A program made the translations under genes and the position numbers. A stretch of DNA of 64,000 bases from Eledone cirrhosa. Lineage: Eukaryota. Where the stretch lies: assembly GCA_964016885.1 (NCBI GenBank), contig OZ024744.1:80166001-80230000 (forward strand), written 5' to 3'. Of this stretch, positions 40,260 through 54,700 are shown one piece after another. The first letter of the stretch is position 1. Every line of letters starts with the position of its first letter. Under the pieces are notes generated by a model. That model made no database searches and was not told the origin of the DNA. It worked only from the letters and a program-made list of their open reading frames with translations.

Positions 40260-40540
40260 GAAGAAGCCCCGCGAGGTGGGATGGCTGTTGCAGCGGGTGT
40301 CGCTGGTCATAGTCCGCGGGGCTCAGCCCCATTACTGCCGCGCCCTAGGCCAAAGCCCAATCACCCTCTTCCTCATTCGTCTGTGACACTAGAGTCCTTG
40401 TCTTTCCCTTCCTTTTCCGTTTTTATATTTTCTTATTTTACATTCCATTCTTTTTTCTCAATCTAATTTTTTTTCTTTCCTTTTCTATTAAATTGTTTTT
40501 ACTAAAATGTAAATAAAACTTTACCAATAATAAATAAATA
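40260..40540 (+). mobile_element. CRE-clade LINE, extreme 3' end
   Basis: Encodes KPREVGWLLQRVSLVIVRG, then a T-rich UTR and aataa repeats. Confidence 0.55.
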
Positions 40541-40974
40541 AATGGAAGTATGAACATTTTTCTAATTTATAAAAAAATTTGTAGTTTTATATGACTGAAA
40601 ATAAGCAGGGCCTCTTCACCACCCACCCTACCCTCCATTAATACTGAAGATATCGTTTTAGTGACAGCGTGGAAAACAGCTGATACAGTTATAGAAGATA
40701 GGATACTGCAGCTCAAATTTCTGATTGACCAGTAAATAGTACAACACCATTGTCTCTCGTGACAGACGGATGCCAAAGAAGATATAAAATAAATATGATC
40801 AATCCCAGTACTGCATTGTTGTTGAACGACAAACCAGTAAAAGAAAGTTCAACGTCTATGTGTTTATAAGTAAACGCTAGCCTAATAAACAGTGGTTTGA
40901 ATTTGAACATTAACACTTTGAAATTAAAGGTTTTTGTATTATAAAACGATAACAGGTGCAATGCGTCTGAACAT

Positions 40975-41425
40975 GGAAGAGCCGAACTCCCGCTGTCATC
41001 GCCTCCATCTCTCTGTATTGTGAGAAAATGGCGTCCCACGTGCTGGCTGCTCCACAGCCCCAGCCCCAGCAGACAATGGAAAAGGCGTTTCTTCGGAGGT
41101 TGGTAGGGGAGATGCGCTGGAAGAGCCATTCCAGCTCGCGAGGCTCACACCTGCGGCTGGCCAGCTCAGCACCTATGGTGGTAAGTAGGGAGGTAGCCCT
41201 AGTGCCAAGGATACCAGAAGTCTCCACGGCCGAGAGCACAACCGCAAACCTGTCGGAGAACAACTGGTTTTGGAGAGTTTGCCTTCCTCAGCCCGAAATG
41301 CTGCAGAACTTAGGTTAGTCGCAGACTACACCGGGTTGTGGCTGCAGAAAGTGTCGCTGCAAGTGGCATCCCAGACGAGGGGTTTGCCACCGCGGAACGG
41401 GAAGATGGTCATACCGTCAGAGGTT
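40975..41425 (-). mobile_element. CRE-clade LINE RLE domain fragment
   Basis: DGMTIFPFRGGKPLVWDATCSDTF...AVETSGILG...EPRELEWLFQRIS..RRNAFSI. Confidence 0.85.
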
Positions 41426-42499
41426 AAAAAGATTACGGATGGCTTCTTAATCTTTGCCTTTGTGGGGGCTGCGGCTGATTATCGCACTTGATAGTCAATT
41501 ACCCCCCTCCACCTTTTTTTTCTTTACTTTATCATTATTGTTCAATGAATTATATTATTATATTTCTATGTATAACTATCTATCAATGTTGTGATAACAG
41601 GTCTTGTTAGAAATGACAGCAAAATTGATGGTCGTTTTCGTTTTCCCTTTTTGTGTATTATTGATACTATCAGAAAAACCACTCTTCGGATGGTTTTCTG
41701 CTAAGTGTAGTGTGCATATTGATATTATTCGCAAATATATAGATATGATACATCAAATAAAATCGTAATTGACAATATAAACAGAAATTGAACGAAGACT
41801 GCGTTACACTGTCTTATGTAATCAGTAACGTAATCCATGATACATTAAAAAAAGACGATATTATATATAAACTGCATTAGGGGAACATTAGTGACGGAAA
41901 TATATGAATGTTTATTTAAGCGATCGTTAACCGGAAGTGTTGACGTTTGAAAATTTTAAAGAAGTGAATCTTAAAGTAAGTAACAAAATTATTTATATTT
42001 AATCAAGAATAACGAAATTTAGTAGATAAATTAGGTAATATTCATTCATTATTTATTCAAAGTAATCCAACTTATTTTACAAACGGGATAAGAAAAATAT
42101 ATTCTGGACGCAGTCCTGCACTCCTTACTTTATTATAGTTTAAATATTTTTTTGTGCATCATATTTGGCAGCATAGAGTTACGGTCTATTATGATCTGAG
42201 TTCAAATCCCGCCGAGGTTAACTTTGCCTTTCACCCTTACGGAGTCGATAAAATAAAGTATCAGTAATGCACTGGGGTCAATTTAATCGACTTTCCTCTG
42301 CCCGGAATTGCTGGCTTTGTGCCTATATAAGAAACCATTATATTTGTGAGATATTAAATTATTTTAGTGCGTTATATTTTTAAGGTTCCTAACAATAGTT
42401 AATTTTGTTTATTATAGGTGTTTATATATGTTTATATTTTCATTCTGAAATAATTGTGAACAATTTGTAATGTTACTTATACAGCTGTGAATATATATA

Positions 42500-42995
42500 T
42501 ATATTTCGTTTCTTGAAAAAGTCAGAGGAATGAAGAATGCTCTATGTAAGTTACAGAGCTAAATATTTAATGTATAATAAACAATACAATATAATTACCT
42601 CATTACCAGAGGTTTCCCGAATAAGACGGATACAAGAAACGTCCGCATTCGTTCGTCAGACATTAAATATTTAGCTCTGTAACTTACACAGAGAACTCTT
42701 CATTCCTCTGACTTTTTCAACGGAAACTTCAACACTTATACAGCTCCGAAAACCGTTAAGGTTGTCTTTATGCGGGTATGTCAATATTTATTTATAAAAA
42801 AATTTGTATTTTATCTGATGAAAGCGCACCAAAATTTGCCTTGGTTGCCCTTGAAATATATATAATAAAATAGTTATGGTTTTATAAATATATTTTCCAT
42901 TTATTAATAAATTGAATATTTACTCCACTCGTCTGTTGAGTGCTTTATATCAGTTATAAAAATGTTTAAGCTTGCTGAATCCCAACAAATTAAAT
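42500..42995. mobile_element. Family B fold-back module (HHR 42598-42663, minus) plus family D module (HHR 42809-42870, plus)
   Basis: Inverted arms 42512-42573 / 42660-42720; both HHR cores intact. Confidence 0.75.
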
Positions 42996-43689
42996 ACCTC
43001 TGCATATACTTATGTATATGTGTGTGGTCGCGTGCGTACTTGTGAATAGATGTGCATGTATGTATATATATGTGTATATGTATGTATGTATGTAGTTATG
43101 CGTGTATGTGTATGTTTGCTTTTGTGCACGTGTTTTTGTCTGTATGTATATATATTTATATATATGTGTGTATGAGCTTGTTCGCATATATGCATGTTTT
43201 CTACTTTTTATTTATTTTTCTTGTTACTTTATATATTACAACCCCTCCCACTTACTTTCTCTTTGCCTTAATTTTTTGTTCTTATCTTATATATTATTTC
43301 ATTTATTCATTATATTTTATATTTGTATCGACCTTCCGTCTGACACTGCGTTGACTTTATACATTCCCTTCCCTGTATATATCACATACATGTATGTGGT
43401 TGCGCGTGTGTGTATGTTTATACGCGAGCGTCCTTTCATCCTTGTATGTGTATATATTTTAGCCCTTAGTCTGTATGTACGCTAACTCCATTATCTTACA
43501 ATTTCTATTTTCAACATATATATGTATTTGTGGTCACACATACACTAATATGTTTGCCCTCATGTATGTACTTACGCACACATCTTTTCACTATACATAT
43601 GCAGTTGTACAAACACACACATGTACATATGTATGTGCATATACACACATCCCCTTACTTATTTCTTTATTTTTATTATTTATACATTT

Positions 43690-44006
43690 CTTTGTTGAAA
43701 GATGGGTGAGAGAAGCAAGTATGGCCCGAGTGAATGGGCCTACTCTGAGTATGTGTCTGTAAATTAAAGGTAGAAAACTAGGAGAGGGCACTTGCCCTGG
43801 TGGTCAGAGTCACTGTGGTCTTTTAATGGGCTTTCTCCACAAATGTCCCTCGGAAGTCTTCCCCCTATTGGGGAATTTTTCTTTGTTATTTTATTTCATC
43901 CTCTGTTTTTTTTACACGCAGAAATGCCCATTTGTACCGTCCTGTATTGTCCGGTACTGTCCTTAATGTCTACTTTATGTAAACCCTTGTGTTAATAAAG
44001 AAAACA
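43690..44006 (+). mobile_element. Tx1-like LINE 3' end, diverged subfamily
   Basis: FVERWVREASMARVNGPTL matches the ORF2 C-terminus FTERWVNVAKVARVIGPSL; cccctattgggga hairpin. Confidence 0.7.
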
Positions 44007-44222
44007 TTATTTATACATTTCTTGTATTATTACTTTTCCCGCCGAGGTTGACTTTGCCTTTCATCCTTACGGGGTCGATAAAATAAAGTACCAGTAATGC
44101 ACTGGATAATTGCTGGCCTTGTGCCTAAAGTAGAAACAATTATTACTTTTATTTATTTTTTGCCCGTTAAACTTTTAGCCTTTCTTGAGGAGATTTTTCA
44201 AATATTTCACCGTTTTAAATTG

Positions 44223-44290
44223 CCTTGTCTGACGAACGAATGCGGACGTTTCTTGTATCCATCTTATCCGCGAAACCTCTGGTAATGAGG
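44223..44290 (+). ncRNA. Type I hammerhead ribozyme (family B); family D HHR on the minus strand at 44442-44502
   Basis: ccttgt CTGACGA..GAAA CC tct GG T A atgagg; degenerate relatives at 6115-6190 and 59163-59233. Confidence 0.7.
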
Positions 44291-45442
44291 TAATTATATT
44301 GTATTGTTTATATGTAAAGTTCTATTTAAATTGTTGGGATACAAGCAAATATTTTTATAACTGATATAAAGCACTCAACAAATATTTGGAGTAAAAATAC
44401 GATATTAATAAATGGAAACTATATTTATAAAACCATATTTATTTCATTATACATATTTCAAGGACACCAAGTTAAATTATGGTGTGCTTTCATCAGATAA
44501 AATATAATATAGAACAGTTTTATAAATAAATATTGACATACCCTTAAAGAATGCAACCATTACTGTTATATATATGTATGTAAACTCCAAGACCGAGATC
44601 TTCAGATGTTGTCCTCACCTGAAATCACACCTGATCTGTAACTGGATTGACATTCCTCCGATAACTCAACCACCTTGAACTTCTTCTCTGCTCTCTACGC
44701 CTTACATCCACTACGATTTTTTTACCTTCTGAATTCACTTTCTGTACTCTTATATTCTTTTTCTCCCTTATCTCCCCTTATATTTAAACCTTTTCCTATG
44801 TCATTTATTTTCCTTATCCCCCCCCCCCCTACTTTCTACCTTACCCTTCACATACCCACCTTTTTTATTTTTAGATATTTATTTCTGTGTGTGTGTGTTG
44901 CGTATATGTGTATATATGTATATGTATGTGTGTATGTATGTTTATATATATCTGTATGTATATGTATGTGTGTATATAATTGTATATATATATATATATG
45001 TGTGTGTGCGTGTGTATATTTGTGTGTATTTTTATATAATTGTTTATGTGTGTATATATATAATAGCCTCAAAAACGGCTTGAGCTCTGCCACAGGGTCA
45101 TACTTTTTCCTATATGTATATATATGCGTATATGTATGGTTTTGTGTGTGTGTGTATATATATATATATGTATGTGTATGTATATGCATAATTACATAGC
45201 GATTTAATGCTTATTTTCATTGATCATTTGCTCCAGGAATTTGTTGAGTGCTCTAAATCAGCTATAAACATTTATACCCTTTTCTAATTATTTATTTATT
45301 TATTATTTGTCGTATTCCCAACTTTATTTTTATATATATATAATATTTATGTATTTTCTTATATATATGTGTGTATATGTATGTATATGTATGTGTGTAT
45401 ATGTATGTATATGTATGTGTATATATGTATATATGTATATAT

Positions 45443-45474
<32 letters not shown>

Positions 45475-46075
45475 GTCAGGTCACCAGTTGGTGCTACTGG
45501 TAACATGTATCCCAGTACAACCTGTCTCATGGTCGGGTCGTTGGCGACTAAACTGGCAACCCCACCAAGGTTTCTTGGTGAGGAAGGTGACTTTGGACAT
45601 CCTGCAGGACTAAAAACAAAACCTGTCAAAGGGCAAAGGAGCTCTTAAGAGTCAATGGCCATCCAAAATCACTGGGAGAGATGACCCCTTAGCCTTTGTC
45701 AAGGCAGAATTCTAGGAGAAGGAAAACTCTGATATAACACCTGCAACCCTGATGGTATCCAATGATGTTGACTTGTTCTTTTTGGTAAATATCATCTTGG
45801 TTAAGAGAGTGGGACTGGCTTTGTGCAGTGCCTTTGCTCACTATAAAAACTTCACGGCACAGGCATTGCTTTGTATCTGGAGATCTCTCTGCACTTGTCG
45901 TCACATGGTACCATGGGCCTAGCACTATGTGTCAATAATTGTCACAGGTGTAGTGTTTGTACCAGAGTTTTCAAGTCGCTGGCTGGACTAAAGTTACATT
46001 CGTTCAGCGCATCGGTAGGAGTTCTCCTACATGGATATAAAGTAGTGGCCGTACTCGAAAACGAGTTGGCAGCCA

Positions 46076-46079
<4 letters not shown>
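45475..46079 (+). mobile_element. RTE-derived non-autonomous element, third copy
   Basis: Nearly identical to 33189-33798; inserted in (TA)n. Confidence 0.8.
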
Positions 46080-46114
<35 letters not shown>

Positions 46115-47639
46115 AGAGTTAAACAAGGTTCATATGAATACATCTAAGAATGAGTTTTACACATACATGTGTGTGTATGTATTTGTATGTATGTGATTGT
46201 GTATATGTATGTATATCAACGTTTAAATATAAATTTAAAATGTAGTATATAATTAATTAATTAATTTTATTAATATATGAAACCTGTCGATAAATCATTA
46301 GATTCCTTCATCTTTTTTGACCGATTAAACACTAAAGTATAAATAACTTTTCTTCCTAAATATAAATAAATATAAACTATTCTAGAGAAATACATTGAGA
46401 GCTCTTGGAAGGAGAAAGTATTTCCTATTTCTTATTTTTATTGTTTGTTTTTTTTTGTTTTGTTTTTATTGTTTTTTTTTATTGTTTTCTATTCTGATAG
46501 CTTTTCGAAAGTTTGTCCTTTCAAAATTTTGAGTTAAATATACGTAAGATAAATTTCTATACTAAATCTATTAAACATACTATTATTTTGAAATTATAAC
46601 TTAAAATATTCTTTAATATTTTAAAAGTGTATTGTTTTTAAAGTTATATTCATATAATTATATTTCCAAATTGTAATATAATCCTTTTGTATTTTATGTA
46701 CTCAATTATACTATGTAACGTATTGATATATATTTCTCTCTATATGTGAGTATATATGTATATGTGTATATTGACATACATGTACATGTGTTCTATGCGT
46801 TTTTATGAATATATGTCTGTCTGTATGTATGTGTATGCGTGATGCGTATCTACCTATTGGCTGAGGGTACACACACATGTATATATGTGTATATGTGAGA
46901 ATTATGTGTGTACATGTGCGTGTATATCCATACAATTTGATTGCACTTATGTATAATGATTATCCCAATGATTCCTGACAGATAGACATATAATTAACAG
47001 CCATAAATACATAACAGGTAATCTTATAAAACTTATATAAAAAATTTTATTTAATAACATAAAGTGTGTATAACATAAAATCTCCTTTAATATCTTAAAA
47101 ATTATAACATTTTAAAGATTCCTATATCTTAAATGAAATTAAAGAATCCTTTATGCTTTGTGTGTATATATTATATACGTAGTTAGTTATGTTATGTATT
47201 TTATAAGTGTGTATATATATTTATATGTATTTTTGCGTGCGTGTACGTGTTATATGATATTTAGTTCTCTAGCAATATATGGATTTCTTAATGTATAGAT
47301 CCCAATTTTTGATATATTGATCTCAATTTTTAAATGATTAACTAAACATCTAATCATATTTAAACAATGACTAATGTCTCATATTATATATGTATATTTC
47401 ATTCATGATTATTAACATTTCTAATTTTATTTATTCATTTCATCTCAATTGTTAAGTTAACTCAACAAGATATGACTTAGTGTTTTCGTTCTCTCCCCTT
47501 CTCTCTGTCTCCTCTCTCTCTATATATCTTTCTCTCTCTGTTGTTTTGGTCTCTCTCTCTCTTTTCTCTCTTTTTTATCTTTTTCTCTTTCTCTCCTTCT
47601 TTTTCTTTCTCTGTAACCAATAATATAAGTAAACAACTC

Positions 47640-47826
47640 CACTATCCGGGAGCTTCCAACAGTAATGGTTGCATTTTTTAAGGGTATGTCAATATTTATT
47701 TATAAAACTGATCTATATTATATTTTGTCTGATGAAAGCACACCATAATTTAACTTGGTGTCCTTGAAATATGTATAATGAAATAAATATGGTTTTATAA
47801 ATATAGTTTCCATTTGTTAATATCGT
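47640..47826 (+). mobile_element. Family D module with HHR at 47723-47783
   Basis: ttttgt CTGATGA AAG CACACCA..TGGTGT CCTT GAAA TATGTA T A atgaaa. Confidence 0.75.
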
Positions 47827-48232
47827 ATATATATATGTATATATGTGTGTGTATGTATATGTGTATATGTATGTGTATGTGTGTGTATGTATGTATGTGC
47901 AATTGTGTGTATTGCTTACCACGTGTGTTTCATTTATTTGTTGCCTGTATCGCTGTTAACTTTATAATCATTTTTACATTTATTTTCATTCTTATGTGAC
48001 GGTATTTTTATTATTATATTTTTTCTTATAATTATTTGTGTGTGCGTATGTAGCTGTGTGTACATACATATATCTATATTTGTGCATGCGTATGTATGCG
48101 TGTATATGTGTGTGTATGTACGTGTGTATATATGTGTGTATGTATATATATATATATATATATACATGTGTGTGTGTATGTGTATGTATGGATATGTTGA
48201 TTTATATGCGTGTATGTATGTATATGTATGTG

Positions 48233-48287
<55 letters not shown>

Positions 48288-48452
48288 ATGTGTATGTATG
48301 TGTATATATATGTTTATGTATATATGTGTGTGTATGTAATTGTGTGTGCATGTGTGTTTATTTTCCCTTTCCTTCTTCCTTTTCCAGCCTCACTTTCATA
48401 TAGATTATATTTTTGTTTTTAAAATCCAATGTCAATAAATACACAAGGATTT

Positions 48453-48513
48453 TTTCATTCTGATGATTGAAAGCAAAATTTGTTTGCTTTCAAGAAACCA
48501 CTGGTAAATGAAA
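48453..48513 (+). ncRNA. Type I hammerhead ribozyme, fully paired
   Basis: 7-bp stem I tttcatt/aatgaaa, 11-bp stem II TTGAAAGCAAA/TTTGCTTTCAA, stem III ACC/GGT, GUA cleavage site. Confidence 0.85.
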
Positions 48514-49125
48514 TAATTGCCTTATGTTGTTTATTACATAACTATATATATATATATATATATAAACACACACATATATAAAGAAAACATACACGTACGT
48601 GCACAGACACAAAAATAAACAACATAAAACATTCACAGACACACGCACACTTCCACCAGCGATACACCAATGGAATGCACTCCATCTTCACACGCCTGGA
48701 CTTTTCAATCCCCACCCCACCCTAACTCCTCAAACATACACACACACACACACACACACCAGAATACCGAACTTCTCATCTACAACCCGTAGCCTTCTTA
48801 AAACTTTTTTTTTTCCCCAAAAAAAAACTCCGATGTTCCAAACTTTTCCCTCTCCGAACTCTCCTTTTCCTGAAGAAGTACTTATGTCCGAAAACTCTCC
48901 TCTACTTCATCCTAAGCGTGTGTTTTTGCGTCTCTGTGTTTGTAATTTTCGAAGTGGAGTTGTCTGGATATCGGTGGTAAATAATTATGTTATTTATATT
49001 GTTTAATGGATTCTAAAGAAATCAGTACAGAGGAAAATAATGGAACATCTTGCTGTGTTGATAGAAACGCTCGTAAATCAATTAAATAATTTAGTGTAAT
49101 TTCATACTGGTTATTTTATATATAC

Positions 49126-49978
49126 TAGCAAAATGGCCCGGCGTTGCTCGGGATTCTAAACATAAATTGGAATGTTTATCCCTCCTTTCTGAAACAGTAC
49201 AGAGAAGTACGGAATACCTAGGCATGGGGATGGTGTCTACATTTTGTGCTTATAAAAAAAATCGTCGTAGATTACCAGGGGTTTAACTTAATTGGGTGCC
49301 TGAGAGTAAAATGTCCAACCCACGAAAGCCAAGACGATAGGGTTAAGTAAAAAGTCATTCGACAAACCGAACATGTATTTGTGGTGCTATGGTACAATGA
49401 AAGCAATAGTTACAGAGCAGTAAGCATGTGGGACTGCAGTGGTGGAGAGCATGAAGGAATTTAGTTGGATACTTTTAAGGTTACAGGCCCTAACGTAACC
49501 GAAATGCTAAACAATGCGGTCCCCGGGCAAAAAATTTGAAATCTGTTTCAGTCAAGAAAATTTGTGAAACATAAGTAATGCATATGCAAAGTTTTTAAAC
49601 ATTCGGTTGGGTACTTCTCGAGTTACAGGCCCTAACGCAACCAACATTCTTTTAAAAATCGGTTTTTCGCCTAATGCAAACAATTTCGCTTGGGGCAAAC
49701 AATGAGAAAATATTTTTGGCTCAAAACACTTTAAAAGACATAAGTAATGCAAATTTTGAAGAATTCGCCTTGATTATTGTTCCGTTATGCCTCAAAAAAA
49801 GCCCTTAAAGCCTAAAATATGCGGTTTTTCGCCTAGTGCATTGAAAATTCGAAATATATTTTGCTCAAAACACTCACACGACCATAAGTATTACCTGTGT
49901 AAAGTTTGAAAAAATTCGGTTGGGTGGTTCTCGAGTTTTATGGAGACACAGACAGATATTCTGTTTTAGATATATAGA
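49126..49978 (-). mobile_element. Non-autonomous Helitron
   Basis: Minus strand 5' a-TCTATATATC; 3' hairpin cccgagcaacgccggg followed by CTAG-t. Confidence 0.75.
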
Positions 49979-50570
49979 TGTGTGTGTGTGTGTGTGTGTA
50001 TGTGTGTGTGTGCGCGTGTGCGTGCGTGCGTATACACAGGAATAACAGACAACAATGTTGTGAATTTTATGTGTAAGTAGTTTTACTAATTCTCTATTCA
50101 TATGGTATATATATATATATATATGAGAAAAACATGCTGCGGGTTGCTAATGGGTTACATATGAATAAAGTTAGTCCTTCATCAGTGATCTTCCAACCAT
50201 CATTGGTATTTCATCGCTTTAAAGACCATATACCTCCGGTTGGTGCGAGCAACGGCTAAAAAAAGTCGTTGGGACACGTAATTAAAGGGGACCCAAGTGT
50301 AAACAAACAAAATGGTGAAGCAACAGAAAGTGAGGAAGAAGGGGTCAAGTCCCAAATTTCTATGAATTTAAATTCGGTGAAATCGTGAACGAGAGAGAAT
50401 AAAGACCATCAAACCTGGTTGGAATGTAAGCAAGGAAGGAATTATATATATATATACTTTTTTTTATTCACATGTTTCTTCTTTTCCAACTCCTGTGTGA
50501 ATGCAGAAACATTGTTGTCTGTTATTTGTATGTATACACACAAAGTGAGTATACATTTTTAGGGGACACC

Positions 50571-50629
<59 letters not shown>

Positions 50630-50630
<1 letters not shown>

Positions 50631-51050
50631 CGTTTCTGAATTTGTTTAGCAAGATTCTTTATCTGAAAATGTGTGTTGAAACCGATATTGTTATACTTTG
50701 GGAGGGTCATGTTGCCAATAAGAAACACATGCACCAGTTGTTTCACTTCAATTTATTATAATAAATTTATAAATTTCCGGTTGGTTGGTTCCACAACCAG
50801 ATGGTTGTTTATATATTGTCAAAGTTCTTTCGTCACACATTCTGTGACCTCTTTAGTGACTGGGATTCTTTTCTTTGTTTTTTGTGCCTCTCCTTTGTTC
50901 TGTCCTACGCCATCTTGTTTTTGTGTGTGTGTTGTGTGCTTAGTTTGCGCATGTGTTAGAACACATGCGCAAACTAAGCACAGATTGAAGTGAAAGCAAC
51001 TGGCGCATGTGTTTCTTATTGGCAACATGACCCTCCCAAAGTATAACAAT
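50630..51050 (-). mobile_element. Family I fold-back module (degenerate HHR at 50818-50860)
   Basis: Hairpin centred near 50957; 50985-51050 is the inverse of 50685-50750. Confidence 0.7.
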
Positions 51051-51078
51051 ATATATATATATATGGTTATCGTGTTGA

Positions 51079-51159
51079 GCTCTACTGATGAACGACTCCA
51101 ACCGTGACTAACCCCACTGAAAAGTTTCGTGAAATAGTCTTTTTAAGACTATATAGAGC
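51079..51159 (+). ncRNA. Type I hammerhead ribozyme with stable hairpin stem III
   Basis: gctcta CTGATGA ACGA..TCGT GAA ATAGTCTT ttt AAGACTAT A tagagc. Confidence 0.85.
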
Positions 51160-51382
51160 ATTTGTAGATTTTTCCCAATTGAAGGATAAGTATTTACCCT
51201 TAATTTTATTCTGAGTTAAGACTCTATTGGTTTTTTTCCCTGGATTACACAAAATCTGTGGATAAAATTTCTGTCTTGACTTTTTTTGAATTGAGATTGA
51301 ATTATTTTCCCATGTCTTACGTTAAATATTTTCCATCTTGACATTTCTCTATTTTCATTTATATATATATATATATATATAA

Positions 51383-51645
51383 TATATAAGATCAAAAGAT
51401 GGTTAAAAGAGTTCCATGTATTTTATTATGCGCATTTCAAAAACAAATATCATCATGCAATAACATTTGTGTTATTGCATGATGATATTTGTTTTTGAAA
51501 TGCACATAATAAAATACATGGAACTCTTTTAACCATCTTTTGATCTTATATATTATGTATACTCCAGTCCTACAAACTGTAGAGTGCTTCTTATCTGATA
51601 TCTGCATTGCTTTATTGTGTACTACAATAAAACTCACCTCCTACA
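51383..51645 (+). mobile_element. Family C fold-back module truncated inside HHR stem II
   Basis: 51385-51467 is the inverse of 51471-51555. Confidence 0.8.
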
Positions 51646-51649
51646 TATA

Positions 51650-51688
<39 letters not shown>

Positions 51689-51794
51689 CATCAACAGTAA
51701 TAATAACAATTGTCTAGGAGGCCCGAATTAAACACTGATTGGGTCTGTAATGACCGGTCAATCCTCAAAAAAATTTATAAAAGGATAGAAATAG

Positions 51795-54700
51795 GATGAT
51801 GAACATGATCATGATCGTGGTAGAGGTAGTGGTGGTGGTGGTGGTGGTGATGATGATGATCGAGGTATTGATGATGGAGATGATGAAGGTGATGGTGATG
51901 ATGATCGTGGTATTGATGTTGATGTTGATGGTGGTCGTGGTTGTGATGGTGGTGGTGATAATGACGGTGCTGGTGCTGGTGATGATCGAGGTATTGATGA
52001 TGGTAGATGATAGATAATGATAGTGATGAGCGATGACGATGATGATCGAGGTACTGATGGTGGTGGTTGTCATCGAGGTACTGATGGTGTTGGTGATGGT
52101 GGTGGTTGACATCGAGGTACTGATGGTGTTGGTGATGGTGGTGGTTGACATCGAGGTACTGATGGTGTTGGTGATGGTGGTGGTTGTCATCGAGGTACTG
52201 ATGGTGTTGGTGATGGTGGTGGTTGTCATCGAGGTACTGATGGTGTTGGTGATGGTGGTGGTTGACATCGAGGTACTGATGGTGTTGGTGATGGTGGTGC
52301 TTGTAATCGAGGTACTGATGGTGTTGGTGATGGTGGTGGTTGTCATCGAGGTACTGGTGATGTTGATGATGGTGATGGTTGTCATCGAGGTACTGATGAT
52401 GTTGGTGATGGTTGTCATCGAGGTACTGGTGATGTTGATGATGGTGATGGTTGTCATCGAGGTACTGATGATGTTGGTGATGGTGATGGTTGTCATCGAG
52501 GTACTGATGATGTTGGTGATGGTTGTCATCGAGGTACTGATGATGTTGGTGATGGTTGTCATCGAGGTACTGGTGATGTTGATGATGGTGATGGTTGTCA
52601 TCGAGGTACTGATGGTGTTGGTGATGGTGATGGTTGTCATCGAGGTACTGATGGTGTTGGTGATGGTGGTGGTTGTCATCGAGGTACTGGTGATGTTGAT
52701 GATGGTGATGGTTGTCATCGAGGTACTGGTGATGTTGATGATGGTGATGGTTGTCATCGAGGTACTGATGGTGTTGGTGATGGTGATGGTTGTCATCGAG
52801 GTACTGATGGTGTTGGTGATGGTGGTGGTTGTCATCGAGGTACTGGTGATGTTGATGATGGTGATGGTTGTCATCGAGGTACTGATGGTGTTGGTGATGG
52901 TGGTGGTTGTCATCGAGGTACTGGTGATGTTGATGATGGTGATGGTTGTCATCGAGGTACTGGTGATGTTGATGATGGTGATGGTTGTCATCGAGGTACT
53001 GATGGTGTTGATGATGGTGGTGGTTGTCATCGAGGTACTGGTGATGTTGGTGATGATGGTGGTTGTCATCGAGGTACTGATGGTGTTGGTGATGGTTGTC
53101 ATCGAGGTACTGATGATGTTGGTGATGGTTGTCATCGAGGTACTGGTGATGTTGATGATGGTGATGGTTGTCATCGAGGTACTGATGGTGTTGGTGATGG
53201 TGATGGTTGTCATCGAGGTACTGATGGTGTTGGTGATGGTGGTGGTTGTCATCGAGGTAGTGATGGTGTTGGTGATGGTGATGGTTGTCATCGAGGTAGT
53301 GATGGTGTTGATGATGGTGGTGGTTGTCATCGAGGTACTGATGGTGTTGGTGATGGTGGTGGTTGTCATCGAGGTACTGATGGTGTTGGTGATGGTTGTC
53401 ATCGAGGTACTGATGGTGTTGATGATGGTGGTGGTTGTCATCGAGGTACTGATGATGTTGGTGATGGTTGTCATCGAGGTACTGATGATGTTGATGATGG
53501 TGATGGTTGTCATCGAGGTAGTGATGGTGTTGATGATGGTGGTGCTTGTCATCGAGGTAGTGATGGTGTTGATGATGGTGGTGGTTGTCATCGAGGTACT
53601 GATAGTGTTGGTGATGGTTGTCATCGAGGTACTGATGGTGTTGGTGATGGTGGTGCTTGTCATCGAGGTACTGGTGATGTTGGTGATGATGGTGGTTGTC
53701 ATCGAGGTACTGATGGTGTTGATGATGGTGGTGGTTGTCATCGAGGTACTGATGGTGTTGGTGATGGTGGTGGTTGTCATCGAGGTAGTGATGGTGTTGG
53801 TGATGGTGATGGTTGTCATCGAGGTAGTGATGGTGTTGATGATGGTGGTGGTTGTCATCGAGGTACTGATGGTGTTGGTGATGGTGGTGGTTGTCATCGA
53901 GGTACTGATGGTGTTGGTGATGGTTGTCATCGAGGTACTGATGGTGTTGATGATGGTGGTGGTTGTCATCGAGGTACTGATGATGTTGGTGATGGTTGTC
54001 ATCGAGGTACTGATGATGTTGATGATGGTGATGGTTGTCATCGAGGTAGTGATGGTGTTGATGATGGTGGTGCTTGTCATCGAGGTAGTGATGGTGTTGA
54101 TGATGGTGGTGGTTGTCATCGAGGTACTGATAGTGTTGGTGATGGTTGTCATCGAGGTACTGATGGTGTTGGTGATGGTGGTGCTTGTCATCGAGGTACT
54201 GGTGATGTTGGTGATGATGGTGGTTGTCATCGAGGTACTGATGGTGTTGATGATGGTGGTGGTTGTCATCGAGGTACTGATGGTGTTGGTGATGGTGGTG
54301 GTTGTCATCGAGGTACTGATGGTGTTGGTGATGGTGGTGGTTGTCATCGAGGTACTGATGGTGTTGGTGATGGTGGTGGTTGTCATCGAGGTACTGATGG
54401 TGTTGGTGATGGTGGTGGTTGTCATCGAGGTACTGATGGTGTTGGTGATGGTGGTGGTTGTCATCGAGGTACTGATGGTGTTGGTGATGGTGGTGGTTGT
54501 CATCGAGGTACTGATGGTGTTGGTGATGGTGATGGTGATGGTTGTCATCGAGGTACTGATGGTGTTGGTGATGGTGGTGGTTGTCATCGAGGTACTGATG
54601 GTGTTGGTGATGGTGGTGGTTGTCATCGAGATACTGATGGTGTTGGTGATGGTGGTGGTTGTCATCGAGGTACTGATGGTGTTGGTGATGGTGGTGGTTG

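Noticed and set aside
40567-40960. Unique-looking sequence with short ORFs
   Set aside because: No recognisable protein motif in any of the six frames.
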